NCBI GenBank assembly: GCA_016748015.1
Contig: JAAOMT010000306.1
Location: forward strand, 1-26,893
DNA: 26,893 nucleotides
Source: Geosiphon pyriformis uo1
Lineage: Eukaryota; Fungi; Glomeromycota
Direction of reading: 5' to 3'
Positions within the stretch are counted from its first letter, which is position 1. Each line of letters begins with the position of its first letter. The notes beneath the pieces are model-generated. The model was not told the DNA's origin. It was given only the letters and a program-made list of their open reading frames with translations, and did no database searches. Of this stretch, positions 1 to 11,652 are shown one piece after another. A program made the translations under genes and the position numbers.

Positions 1-175
1 TAATTTGATCATCTTACTTTCTGTTGTACTAATTGGATTATTAATTGAATCGTAATATGTAATAAATTAATTAAATAATAAGTGATAATTTGGATTGATA
101 TTAACATATTAATTATTGATAAGAATTATAAAAATAATTTCATGCTAATTAATAGCTAAAATTCTACTGGTAACA
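1..175 (-). repeat. LTR family B, partial 3' LTR (runs off the window edge)
   Basis: Minus strand from 175 reads TGTTACCAGTAGAATTTTAGCTATTAATTAGCATGAAATT..., alignable to the starts of LTRs at 22057 and 25147; preceded by a purine tract. Confidence 0.8.
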
Positions 176-505
176 TAATCTCTTTTTCAAAACTAAGCTC
201 TGTCGAAGTCCAAGCACTATCTGTAATGTCAAGATAGTGGTCCAAGATGATTGAAGTGATTTGTCTGAAAATTGTTGAAATTTCAGTTCTGTGAGCTTTC
301 CAATGTATTGTATTTTCAATAGTTGAAGTATTGGGCTTTGTAGGATGTTTTCACAAGTATTAAACAAATCATAGAGTCTAAAAGCTGCTTTAAGTTTGTA
401 GTGAATGTTTGTTGATCCAGCTGCTGTCTTGAATTCATTGTGAATTTGTTTTTGTATGGCTTCTGGAGTGAGTCTTAGATATTTTAAAAAAGAAAGAAAA
501 GTCAC
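164..505 (-). pseudogene. C-terminal part of extra ORF (ORF3) of family-B element, unknown function
   Basis: 113-aa open frame running through the PPT into the LTR; decayed second copy at 24856-25158; motif AFRLYDLF...LKIQYIGKLTELKFQQF aligns to E2 ORF3. Confidence 0.55.
176..188 (-). other. Polypurine tract of family-B element
   Basis: Minus strand GAAAAAGAGA-TTA directly before the LTR TG; same arrangement at 25134-25146. Confidence 0.65.
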
Positions 506-518
506 ATCTTTTTATCTA

Positions 519-1674
519 TATCAAAAACACAACCAGCAACAAGGAAAAACCAAAACTACTTTATAAAATTATAACCAAAATTCTTTCAATTAGTCATTAA
601 AAAAGTGTGGTGTTTAAATACCCACTTTGAAAACAAATTTATATAAATTATAAAAGAATTGTAAAAGTAAAACATAAATGAAATAGATTTTAATTAAACA
701 TTTTTATTGTTGAGACTATTTTTTAACAAGATAATATTTTATTACTTATTTTTATATTTAACAACTTGTTCAATAAAACAAGACTTAATATGAAATAGTG
801 ATAACACATAATTTAAAAGATCAAAAGTAATAAAACAACTTGAAATAGTGATAACAAATAGGTAAAAGATTATAAACAATATTATTCCAAATAGTAATAA
901 AGAATATGGGAAGACATATTTGAGATTATGATAACAAGTATTTAGAGCATAGGAAAGAGAAAAAAAGAGTAAAGAATAGAGGAAAAAACTAACTACTTAC
1001 TATAAAACTATAACAAAGAGTTGGCTCAGTATTGAACTAATATTTTTCTGAGCTGACAAAAAGGCTGTATATATAGTTAAATTATATTAAATCTACATAC
1101 TATATTAAAACTATTTAAGATACATCAATTATTTATATATTTTAATTTAATCAATTCATAATAAGCTTACTTGACATGTTATTTTCTAAGAACTAGTAAT
1201 TTTAAGATAATCAGATTTAGATGGCTGGATTTAAAACATTAATCATAAATCAATAATACCAATTGTGATTATGATCAACATAATCAAAAGTATATCAATT
1301 AATTACATTTCTTGGTAACTACTTTTAAATATTGATTACAGATCTGAAATGTTAGATTGTTTTAATAAAAGCATATGAGAATTTTGGAGCATAACAAAAT
1401 CTGTTATTATCAGATTACATATGTCAATCATTCATTTTTATTGGTGTTTCTTAGTTTGTCAAGATTTTTTTGTATTCAACTTAGTTAAACTGTTAGATTG
1501 TACTATATTTTTTTGTTGTAATCGGTTTAATTACTGATCATTTATTTTAGATTGCTGGCTGATTTTGTTGATTAAATGTGATGATATAGGTTTTTTTTGC
1601 ATGATTTTGATATTAATTTTTATTGTATATGTTGTAATTTTTGCATTAAAAAGCATGAAAATTTTCTAATAACA
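519..1674 (-). repeat. Putative LTR of a fourth family (D); left boundary uncertain
   Basis: Non-coding ~1.15 kb block starting TGTTATTAG on minus exactly where E1 integrase breaks; TATATATA near 1068; ~50-bp tandem duplication 791-890. No TSD or second copy in the window. Confidence 0.35.
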
Positions 1675-3340
1675 CTATTTTGATTGGTTTCAATGATTTG
1701 CTGGGTTTTGTTTTTCCTCTCTTCTGACAAACATTACAATTTTAAACATATTAAATAATATTTAAATACATGATTGGCCAATAGTATCTTTTTTTGGTTT
1801 TTTTTATAGTTGCTTCTTTATTGAAATGTCCTGCTGTTGGATTAGCATATATGTTATATAGTATTGTTTTCTTTTCTGGTTCTGTAATTACTCTGGTTGG
1901 TTAATCTGAATTTCTTCTGTTTTTTTAATAAAGTATATTTTGGTGAGTAATAAAGTATTTTGATTGTTGTTTTATGTTGTTTTGTTTTTTTTGAGATAAT
2001 TTTTCCTTGAACTGTTAAGTATTGATATAGTGTTAAAGTTGTTAGTATTTTTGTGTTTATTTTTTGTTATATTTTTGGGTTAAAATATTTTTAAATTTGT
2101 TTTATTTATAACAAACCATTAGTATTTTTATTTTTATTTTTTATAATGTACAATATAAGTATATAATAAAAGTTTTATTTTTTATCATACATAATAATTG
2201 TTTCTAAATTTTTGTTTTTAAATTGATGTCAATTCTTTGTGATTAGTGTATATCTTGAATTTTTGGCTTAAGTATTTTTTCTACTTGATAAATGCCCAAT
2301 AAATAGTTAAGTATTTTAATGCTGGTGTTTCATAGTTTTTTTCAGTTGGGCTTAAGCTTCAGCTAGTATATACTACTGAATGTTTTCTTCTACCCAGTTT
2401 TTTTTGAAATAATATTGCTTTCAATGCTTGGCCTAATATATTTGTAGTAATAATAAATAACTTGCTGTAATCTGAATAGATCAAAACTAAAGCTTGAATA
2501 AGTCTTCTTTGCAAAATGTCAAAAACATCTTGTTAAGCTTCTATTTATTCATATTTTATGTTCTTGGCTTAAAATTGGTAGAATGGTTGAACCAGTTTAG
2601 AAAAGTTTTGGATGAAATGGCAATAATATTCTGTAAATCCCAAAAATGCTCTTAATTCTGTAAGATTTGTTGGTACTGAAAAGTTCTTAACAATTTTTAA
2701 TTTATTGAAATCTGTTTTAATGCTGTTTTTGTCTATGACATGTCCCAAAAATTTCAGTTTTGTTTTGCCAAAGAAACATTTGGTTGTATTTAGTTTTAAT
2801 CCAGCTTTTTTTAATTTCTCAAACACTTGCTATAGATAATAAAGATGATTATCAGATGTTTTTAAGAACACATTGGTGTTATTCAAATAAACTACTACTG
2901 ATTTCTATAGTAACTTAGTATAGACAATTTCCATGAGTCATTGGAAGATGGCTGGTGTATTGGTTAAGCTGAATGGCATGATTTCAAATTCGAAATTTTC
3001 TTTTCTTGTGATGAATATGGTTTTTTTTTTGTCTTCTGGTTTTATAGCTACTTGTTAGTAATTATTATCTAAATTGAGTATTAAGAATCATTTTTTTTTT
3101 CAAAAGTATCAAATAATTTTTGAATCTGTAAAGTCAGATAACTGTTTCCACAAATAATACTATTAAGTTTTTTATAATCTACACAAAAGTAAATTTTTCT
3201 ATTCTTTTTCTAAACTAATACCACTGGTAATAATTATAGACTTATTAATAGTTGAATTGGTCTATTGTTTAGTATTTAGTTAATTTCTTATCAGATAGCT
3301 TTGCTGGTGGTATTTTGTATGCTTTTTGTTTAATTAACAT
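1675..3340 (-). pseudogene. pol: E1 pol: reverse transcriptase, RNase H and N-terminal integrase (many stops/frameshifts)
   Basis: EFEIMPFSLTNTPAIFQ, VVVYLNN (YLDD after two G>A), KCFFGKTKLKFLGHVI, LRAFLGFTEYY; RNase H LSPTEKNY; integrase AGHFN...RYYWP...CNVCQK ending at PIKI. Confidence 0.9.
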
Positions 3341-3800
3341 AACATCTCTTGTTTTGATTTAATGTTAAATAATGTCAGTTCTGCCAAATTCATTTTTATT
3401 GGCAAAGATATCAGTAAAATTGTTGGTAGTATCTTGAACTGTATACATTGAAGTGGATCTAAGTTTTTTATATTTATTTGTTCTAATTTTTTTGGTTGGA
3501 GCAAATAACATTTCTCTTGTTTATAGATTGTTTGTAATATAATATTCACATATCTGCACAGTTATAGAAAATCTGAAATGGGGTTTGGTAGTTAGTTTTC
3601 AGCTTCTGGGCTTAAGTATTTGATGGTGGTTTTTTTTGGCATTTCAATAATGTCTCTTATAATGTTATAGACCAGAATTTTTATGTGACTAGAGTTTTTA
3701 ACTAGTATATAGAGATTGGTGAATCCAATTTTTTCTGATTCACAAATTGTAGCTTCTGCTTCAAAAATTTGAACTTGATCTTTTACTTTTTTTTTATGTA

Positions 3801-4292
3801 CTAGTTGTATGATAAAATAAAAATTGATTGATGGATGAAAATAATTTCTTTCTTGTTAATAACTTCTTCTTCTGCCAAATTAATTAGTATGTCTATTTTA
3901 CCCATGAATTTGAATCCATTTATCTTTCTTGCTGTTATTCCTAATTCCTCTCTCTTTCTTACTAATACTAGTTGAACTATTTTAACCAGAGACAAGAATA
4001 TTGTCTGTGCTATCTTTTCATTAGATTTTACAGTATAGATCTTTTCTGAGTCGTTTTGTAGTATTGCAATAATATTTTTTACATATTCTGCATTAATGAT
4101 TCCTTTTCTTATATTGATTTCTCTTTTTGCTAAACTACTCCTAAATTTTAGTTGAATTATTATTGTTGTTAGAATTTCCAGTGCTACTTTCAAAACAATA
4201 CATGTGCATGAATGTGATTCTAATTTTATGGCAACTTTTTTTGGATATTTCAAATCAAACTCTACATTGATATTATGTATGTATTCTGACAT
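3801..4292 (-). pseudogene. dut: dUTPase domain within E1 pol
   Basis: Five trimeric-dUTPase motifs in decayed form: EFDL, RSSLAK, GIINAEY, EKIAQ, RKINGFKFMG (RGxxGFGSTG). Confidence 0.85.
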
Positions 4293-4554
4293 AATATCTT
4301 CATTGTTATTGTTGAACCATTTTAATTTTTGGATTTTTAAAAGATCATGGAGTGTGATGTATTGTTTGGAGTTTAAATTAAGGTCTGAATTATTGCTGTT
4401 GTTATTGCTATTTTGAATAGAGCTAAAGCCATTGTTATTGTTATTATTGTTATTATTGAAGTTTAAATCTGAATTAAATAATGATTCTAATTCTGTTTTG
4501 TAGCTGCTAATTGGTTTTTTTTCTGAGATTATGTAGATTATGTGTAGTAATAAA

Positions 4555-5200
4555 TTGTAAATAATGTTACAATTATTACAATACTAGAAATCACATAAAA
4601 TCAAACAGTGGTTACATAAGTGAGTATTAAGCTGTTTTAAATATTGTTTTTGCTTTTTTTTAGTAGATGCTAATTCTTGATAATGTTCATAGAATTGTTT
4701 TGGATCCATAATGTCAAAAATAATATTAGAGTTTGGGATTTAAATGCTCTCTTCAGGTTCTGATAAGTTGTTTTTGATTGTTTTGATTTTTTTAGAAACA
4801 TGCTCTCAATTTTGACAATTATCATTCTCTAAATTTTATTGTCATTATAGAAACAGCCATCTAAACATTGTACAGCTCTCCTCTAAACAGCATTTATTGG
4901 CATTTTTTTTTTTACCCAATCACATATAAGAATCGTGTATTGACATAATTTGTCACACATTTTTCTATGACCAGAAATATTGTTCCATATTTTTTGTCTA
5001 AGAAAGTCTCTCTACAAACAAAACATAATTTGTTGTCCTATTTTTCTTGCTGTTTGGATTGTCCAAAACATTCAAAAACACATAAGTGACAATAATATTT
5101 GGTTGCTATTGGCCATTTCTTATTGTTACTACAACATGTGCTTATTGTAAACAATTTTTTGTCACATTTAACACATATAAGCTTGGATTGATGGTAAGTT
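4555..5200 (-). pseudogene. Cysteine-rich (multi CxxC) domain between protease and dUTPase in E1
   Basis: Manual translation: LICVKCDKKL...YYCHLC...K*DNKLCFVC...CDKLCQY...CNHCLILCDF*YCNNC. Confidence 0.7.
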
Positions 5201-5399
5201 GAATTGGAGCAATTGGTAGCATATGGAGTATAAATAGAAGTTGTTGCTTGTTGTTTTTTTTTTTTTTTTTTTTATATAGATACCAATAATAAATAATTGT
5301 GATCATTGTCAGTCTATAAGACTTGATAAGCTTTTTAGATAGGTTTTTTTTCTTCTTCTTTAAACTCAATCAGTAGTATTTGTGTAGTGCTTGTTTTGA

Positions 5400-5790
5400 A
5401 ATGATCACATATGGCTGGTACTTGTGTGTGTTGGCTATTTTGACTGAGTAATAACTTCTGAGTGATCCAGTCAAGTACAGTATTAGTCTTGGACAGCCAA
5501 TTATTACTAACTAACACTTAGTATTGGATGGCTTCTATGATGAGGATTTTGATTGGCACTATGATGTTATTAACTTTAAATGAGAAGTCCTTAATCTTGT
5601 CAATTAAAGTTTTTATCATTCTATTAGCAGTAATAATTTAAATACTGGCAGTGTGATCAACTTAGTGACTTAATTGGTCCATAAATTGCTTAGTAATAAT
5701 GCTATTTGCTAACCCATTATCTAGAATTAATTTGATGGATTGACTATCAACTTTAGTATTAGTGTACATTGTGATAATTGGTTTAGCATT
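5400..5790 (-). pseudogene. E1 retropepsin-type aspartic protease
   Basis: IKLILDNGLANSII (LILDSGS back-mutated) near 5700-5735 and VLVSNNWL (GNDWL). Confidence 0.8.
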
Positions 5791-6369
5791 AAAAGCAGCT
5801 CTACTAAATAATAGCATTTTTATTTAGTTTTCTAATTTGAATGAAAAATGGCTACTAAGAAATTGTTATTAGTGATAGTTGCTAAAGATATGTTGTTTGT
5901 AAGTGGCTTTTGGTTAGTTTTCTAATTGTTAAATAAGACATTTTTTGAAGTAACCAGAAAACTTAAATAGTTTTGGGAATTTGGGTTTTCTGTATACCTG
6001 TTTTCTGAACTCCACTGACATAATCTTGATAGCTGGGTTAATAAACTGGGGATTGGTTGGTGTATTACTATCACTGATTTTTAGTTTTGTTGTGTATGTA
6101 TGATTCTTAGTGTTTGGTTTTTGGATGATATTTAAGCTGGGTTTTGTGGCAGTGTTAAGATAAATTGAAATTAATAAATTACTTGTGGCTATGGTTGATA
6201 AATAACTAGGGCTGAGATTTAATAGATTGGAAGTATGTATATTGGTTGTTGCATCATTTGTAAGTAATAAAATTAATATTGATCTTAATTTGGAGAATAA
6301 TTCGGAGTTTGAAATTAGCAATCAGAGTTTTGATATTGATTGCTCAATCATTAATTATTTAATCTTAAT

Positions 6370-8070
6370 CAGCAACCTATTTGTAAGTATTTTTGTTTAC
6401 TATAATAGTGGCAGATACACATCTCTTGTTGTCACTGTTGAGTTAATAATAATAGACACAACTGATTCTAAACTTGATTAGAATTTTCTGGATTTGTATG
6501 TTATTGTGGTGGCTGATAAATAGTCTAATTATTGTTAGTTAAGTATTTCTCTAATTTTTGATTAATAGATTCAGTAAATTGTTTCAGTTTCAAATCTAAG
6601 TCAGATAATCTGTTTATTACTAGATTAATGGCTTGGATGTAATTGGCTTTTAACTTAGCTGATTTAAAGTCTCAGACATAAGTGACTGTAACTTAAAGTG
6701 TTGCTAGATGTAACAGACATACACATTGCAAAATATTGCTGCATAATCTGCAAATAAACTGATTCAAAATTTGTGTAACTGTAAAATAATCAGCATTAAT
6801 AACTTGTATTTGGTGCAAATTACAATAGAAGCATCTCAAGTAAGTGGTAATGACTTCAGTATCTCCTTGCTTAATGGTGATAAAGATATATGCCAAGCAA
6901 TTAATGCCATTATTGTTGCTAAAGTATTTTAAAAATTCAACTTTGAATTTATTAAAGTTTTGGGGTTTCTGGACCAAACTCTAATATCATGAGTTAGTAA
7001 TATCTTGAAAGAAGTATGAGATTGTCTGTAATGCTTAGGCATTATCACATCATTGAGCCATGCTTGAATATTATTTTTTTTACTAGTAAATTTTTCAAGT
7101 TTTTTTATTGGTGCATAGGCCATTGGTATGAGTAACAGTAGTGGTTGTGGTTGTTGTTAAAGTTGTTGCAGAGATGGTAGTTGTAATAGTTGTTGTTATA
7201 TAGCCAGTAGTACAACTGGTAGTAAATTGATCATAATTACTGGAGGTAGGTTTTGAGGAACAATAAAAGCTGGATTTAGATTGTTCAGGTTTTGCTGAGT
7301 TTGAACATTTGGAGTTTAAACTTCCAGATTTTCTAAGATCAGATTTTGTTTATTAATTTCTTAATCATTGTTCTTCTTTTCTTTGGAGTTGGTTATTTCT
7401 TAAAGACTAGTAGTTCCAAAATCTGGTTGTGATAGTAATAATTAAAATTTTGATGGCATTGATTATTGTGAATTAAATCTCTCAAAATAATTGCCATAGG
7501 TTTCTAATAGTTTAGTTTTTTCTTGTTTACTTTGGAATAGAATTCTGACTAAAAGTGTTTTTATGATTGTTGTAAATATGCCTGCTAATGTAATGTTGAT
7601 GGTATTTTTAGATGTGTGATAATATGATGGATTGATTGAGAAATTGATTTTTGGTTTCTTCCAAATAAGTGGTTGTAATTGCTTTAGTGTTCCTGCTGGT
7701 GTTTTCAATCTTTTTTTTCTTTGTCTGCAAAGATAATAAAAAATCATTGTTTGGCATATTTTTCAATTTTCTTGTTTATTTTTGTAATTAGTGGTAGAAA
7801 TAAACAGTTTTGTGGAAGTATAGTACTTTGGAGTAGTTCATTGAAAAAATTGTTGAAAACAGATTCTGGATCTTCTTGATTTCTCAAGTAATATATAATT
7901 TTTTTATTGATGTAATAATTGAAAGCTGATTCTGTTGGCCAATTACTATTTGTTAATCTGAAATGAATGTGATAATGTTAGAATAAAAATTTTGCAAATT
8001 CTAAGTGGTTTGTTTCTATTTCTTCTGATTTTGTTACTGTTTTAGATGATTGTTGTTGGTACTGTTTTTC
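6370..8070 (-). pseudogene. gag: E1 gag with long N-terminal extension, capsid-like domain and decayed CCHC knuckle
   Basis: MAYAPIKKLEKFT...AWLNDV, IKQGDTEVITTYL, QILNQFICRL (retrotransposon gag pattern); CHYYSKQKYLQIGC at ~6371-6412 has CX2CX4HX4C spacing after transitions. Confidence 0.75.
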
Positions 8071-8081
8071 TGTTAAATTAT

Positions 8082-8099
8082 ACTTTACAGAGAGCACCA
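8082..8099 (-). other. E1 primer-binding site (probably elongator tRNA-Met)
   Basis: TGGTGCTCTCTGTAAAGT, 2 nt after the LTR end; differs from the E2 PBS only by two G>A changes. Confidence 0.8.
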
Positions 8100-8101
8100 A
8101 A

Positions 8102-8531
8102 TATTATAGATGATTATTTGGGGTGTTAATACAAATAACAAATCTGTAATTTGGGGCTTAATAAGTAATATGGTTAATAATATTTGAAAATTTTTGTGTT
8201 TAAAAATTTCGGTTGAATTTTTAGTATAATAAATAAAGATTCAAGTATTGTTTTATCCATAGCTTCTTGGAATCACAATTCCATCAAATTTCTTTTTCAG
8301 CATAGTGGCTAGCAATCCTTTAATAAGCAATTCTTAATTTTTATGTGTTCTACTCTTTCACAGGGGTCTTTTACTAGGCAATTTTTGATGTTAATAACTC
8401 AGTGTTTTTATTTTTTTAATCAATTAATAAAAACCCAAGAAAAAAAAATAAATAAAAATAAATAAAAAAAATAAAAAAAATAAAAAAAAGGAAGCCAAGG
8501 CAGTTAAAGTTAATATCTCATCAATAGCCAT
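8102..8531 (-). repeat. E1 5' LTR (family C), 3' half
   Basis: Inverted homology to 9030-9547; ends AATAATCATCTATAATA (decayed ...TGTAACA) just before the PBS. Confidence 0.8.
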
Positions 8532-9547
8532 TGTTACACATAGAAAAAGAGAAAAATAATACATAATCAATAAAAAAAAAACACATAATATTAAATTAGC
8601 CAATTAGAATAGAAGAAAAGAAAAGAGGATTTCTTGAAAAATCCTGGATGTTTCAAAAAATTTAAGATTATTCAAAAAATTTCAGATGTTTTAAAAGTTG
8701 AGAATTTTTTAAGAAATTTTAGACTTTTCAGAAAATCAAAAATTTTGTAGGAAATCTAGCAAAGAAAAAAAATTTTTCATGTAAAAAAAATTATGTATAT
8801 ATAGCAGTAATATTAGAAAGCAAGAAAAACATTTCATTTAGAATAGAAATTTCTATTTCCATTTATTTATTAGTTATTTTAAGAATAGTTACTATTAATA
8901 GAAATAAAATCATCTAATATTAAATAAAATATACTTTTTATTATTCAAACTATGTTATTGCTATTTGTTTGAAGATTCAATTACTATTTTCTTTTATCAA
9001 CACTTTATGTTAATAAAACCCAACTCTTAATTATGGCTATTGATAGGATACTAATTGTTCTTACCTTGGCTTAATTTCTTTATTTTTTGGTTTCTTTTAT
9101 TTTTTTTTATTTGGTTTTGTTTTGCTGTTTGTTAATTGTTTAAAAATTAAGCACTAAGTAAATTGATGCTAAAAAAACTGGTAAAAGACCTGTGAAATAA
9201 GAGTAAAACACTCATAAAATTAAGGATAGCTTACCAGAAAAATTACTGATCATTATGCTAAGAAAAAAATTCAACAGAATTGCAATTCTGAAAGACTACT
9301 AAAAAAAATTATCTGCCATCAAGCTAAAAAAAAAATTTGATAGAATTGTGATTCCAAAAGACTACTGAAAACAAACATTGAATCTCTGTCTATTATACAA
9401 AAAACTCAACCAAAACTTTCAGATTATTTAAAACATTCAAACTGAGAAAACTTTCAGATTATTAATACAATTAATATCATCAAGCTATTAAGCACTAAGT
9501 TACAGGTTTGTTATTTGTTTCCAGACTCCAAATAATCATCTGTAATA
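8532..9547 (+). mobile_element. Solo LTR (family C) inserted in inverted orientation into the E1 5' LTR
   Basis: Starts TGTTACA, ends TGTAATA, flanked by CCAT at 8528-8531 and 9548-9551; removing it restores CTCTTAATCATGGCTATTG, matching the uninterrupted sequence at ~9024-9042. Confidence 0.85.
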
Positions 9548-10043
9548 CCATGATTAAGAGCTATTAATCCAGTATTATTAAGTATTAGCAATTATTAACA
9601 TGAATTGTTAATAAAAAAAAGATAAATTATAGTAATAATAAGTATTTTATTGATATTTGATGTTTTCATTTCAAGTTATAAAATATTATTGTATGAAGGA
9701 ATGAATAAGAAAATTGAAACTAGAGATTCTAAATTAAGAATTTTTTGTATTAATTCTGTCTTTTCTGGTTTTAACACTACTGCTATATATACATAAATCT
9801 TGTTATACAAGATTCTTTGAATTCTTTAATTTTCTAACCAGAAATTTTAAAATTTCTGGAATTCTGCAATTCCTTAAAAGAAATCCTGGAATTCTGAAAT
9901 CTTGCAATTTCTCCTAAGGAAATTCTGTAATTCTGCAATTCTGCAATTCTTTAACAAAAATCCTAAAATTTCTTTTTACTACATCTATTTCTGATTGGCT
10001 AATTTATATATTAATATGTAATTCATATATTTTATAAGTAATA
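9548..10043 (-). repeat. E1 5' LTR (family C), 5' half (U3)
   Basis: Minus start TATTACTTATAAAA matches the copy at 24229; contains TTAGCCAATCAG, GAATTNCAG arrays and TATATATAGC. Confidence 0.8.
9991..10002 (-). promoter_or_regulatory. CCAAT box in LTR-C U3
   Basis: TTAGCCAATCAG; retained at 24269-24280 and as TTAGCCAATTAG at 8596-8607. Confidence 0.5.
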
Positions 10044-10472
10044 CTGTCAATTTTTTTTTCAGCTTGGTGGCCAGTATCTTCTGATAAGTTATTTTCAATT
10101 TCAGTTTTCATTTATAAGTGTTTTTCTAATATAAAAATATTTAAAAATAAGAGTATATACATGATTTTATTTATTAAGACAACAGTTGAAGCTTTTATTA
10201 AGTTGTAATATTTAATAAAATGTCAATAAGGGCAAATAAAAAGTTTTTTTTTAAAGTTTGCTTTAAAAGTTTTGATAATTGAATTCCAAAGTAAATTTTT
10301 GTGTTTTTTTATAAGAGTAATAATTCTGAAAATTATTTACTACTGGTGTCATAGTTTCTTTTTGGGTGTAATTAATTTAACTTTTATTGATTATTATGAA
10401 TAAATTAGAAAGTATTTTCAAAGCTAACATTAATTTTTAAGATATTTTTTGAATGTTTCAGAAAATAATCAT
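10044..10472 (-). pseudogene. E3 ORF3, N-terminal part, cut by the E1 LTR
   Basis: ATG at 10472, downstream of integrase; LSNLFIIINK and KYFYIRKTL align to E2 ORF3 YPNATLIIGK and LYGCLSEII after reversing transitions. Confidence 0.4.
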
Positions 10473-10774
10473 AATAAAAATAAATAAATTAAATATAAAA
10501 TTTGAAAAAACTTGAAAAAAAAAAATAAGAAATAATTTTGAATATAAATTTTATATATTTTTGGTTTTGGGTTTTTCTTGTAATTATTTACTATTTTTGT
10601 TTTTACATTTGTGTATTATTAAAAAAATATTATGATAATATTAAATTAAATATTAAGATTTAGTTATTGTTTTATTATAATTATTGGTTCTAAATTTTAA
10701 AAAACATCTTCAAAATTAATTAAAAGAGAATGTTTACTAATTTGTAAAATTAATGATTTAAGATTGTTTTTGAA

Positions 10775-11028
10775 ATAATAGTGTTTCAATTAATTTTTAA
10801 ATGCAATTTTTGCTAATATTTTGTCATTCAGTCTTAATTGTATAATTTATTGTCTAAGATTTTATGAATATAAAATAGTTTATTCTATTTATGTTCAATT
10901 TTCCATTTTATTGTTTTTTGGTTCTAATTTTGTGTAAGAAAACTTTGTTTTTAACTTTAAATTCATAAGTAACTAGCAGTAGTTTGTTATCATGTTGTTT
11001 TTTTATTGGACTTGAAAGTGTTTAATAT
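10775..11028 (-). pseudogene. pol: E3 integrase C-terminal (GPY/F-like) region
   Basis: ...IKHFQVQ*KKQHDNKL...FKVKNKVFL...FYIHKILDN...N*LKHYY; continues the frame from 18687. Confidence 0.65.
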
Positions 11029-11646
11029 TGTTACAGTTAAAACTCATAGTTTTTATTAGTTATCACATGTATTAGCCACATTATTTTTAGAAAAGTAATC
11101 ATTGACCTGATCATTGACCACTTTTGATAGCTATATAAGCAATGAATCTCTTAGCTGTAGAAAAGCATATAATAACAAGCATCTGAATAATCAAGAATAA
11201 ATAAAATAACAACTTTTATCTCAATCCTTCTCTTATTGCTAATTTCTCTTTTTCTATCTTCAAGTATCTGAACATCTTAAAGATAAAAGATTACTTGTTC
11301 TTTTTCTGACATATATAATTGTAGCATTTGAAAATTATTTGAATAAACATGACTGAAAAGCACAAGTTGATACTTGATATTGAATTCTAAGAGTGCTGAC
11401 ATGAAGCATAGAATTATACCAGTGGTGATCAATTGTTGACAGTATAGATTATTTTTCTACTTACAAATTCCCCAGTTACCTTTAAAAAAAATAGCAACTG
11501 AGATATTTTATAAGACTGATCTTGCACATTGAATCCATACTCATTCAATTCACTCTTTAAAGTTGAATTCCCCTTTGATTATTTCTATTACTCTACAATC
11601 CTGTTCTCCTTTGCTATCTATTAGCTTGTTATTCCAATCCATAACA
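11029..11646 (+). repeat. E2 5' LTR (618 bp)
   Basis: TGTTACAG...CATAACA; ~93% identical to 17972-18682 apart from two indels; TATATAA at ~11132. Confidence 0.95.
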
Positions 11647-11652
11647 TAAAAG

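Larger units (their letters stand above)
1675..10043 (-). mobile_element. E1: degenerate Ty3/gypsy LTR retrotransposon (LTR family C), 3'-truncated within integrase
   Basis: Minus-strand order LTR-PBS-gag-PR-Cys-rich domain-dUTPase-RT-RNaseH-IN zinc-binding domain; RT-RH-IN order is Ty3/gypsy. Confidence 0.92.

Noticed and set aside
4204-6481. Plus-strand ORFs 4204-4416 and 6227-6481
   Set aside because: Antisense shadows of E1 coding sequence; the Leu run comes from the TTG/TTA repeat encoding an Asn-rich linker on the other strand.
9033-9050. TGGCTATTGATAGGATAC as a PBS
   Set aside because: It is internal to LTR-C; the LTR end and the real PBS lie ~430-510 bp further on (8102/8099; 9547).
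164-10472. ORF 164-505 as the direct continuation of E3 ORF3 cut at 10044
   Set aside because: No TSD, an unrelated block intervenes, and motif spacing suggests different families; cannot be supported.
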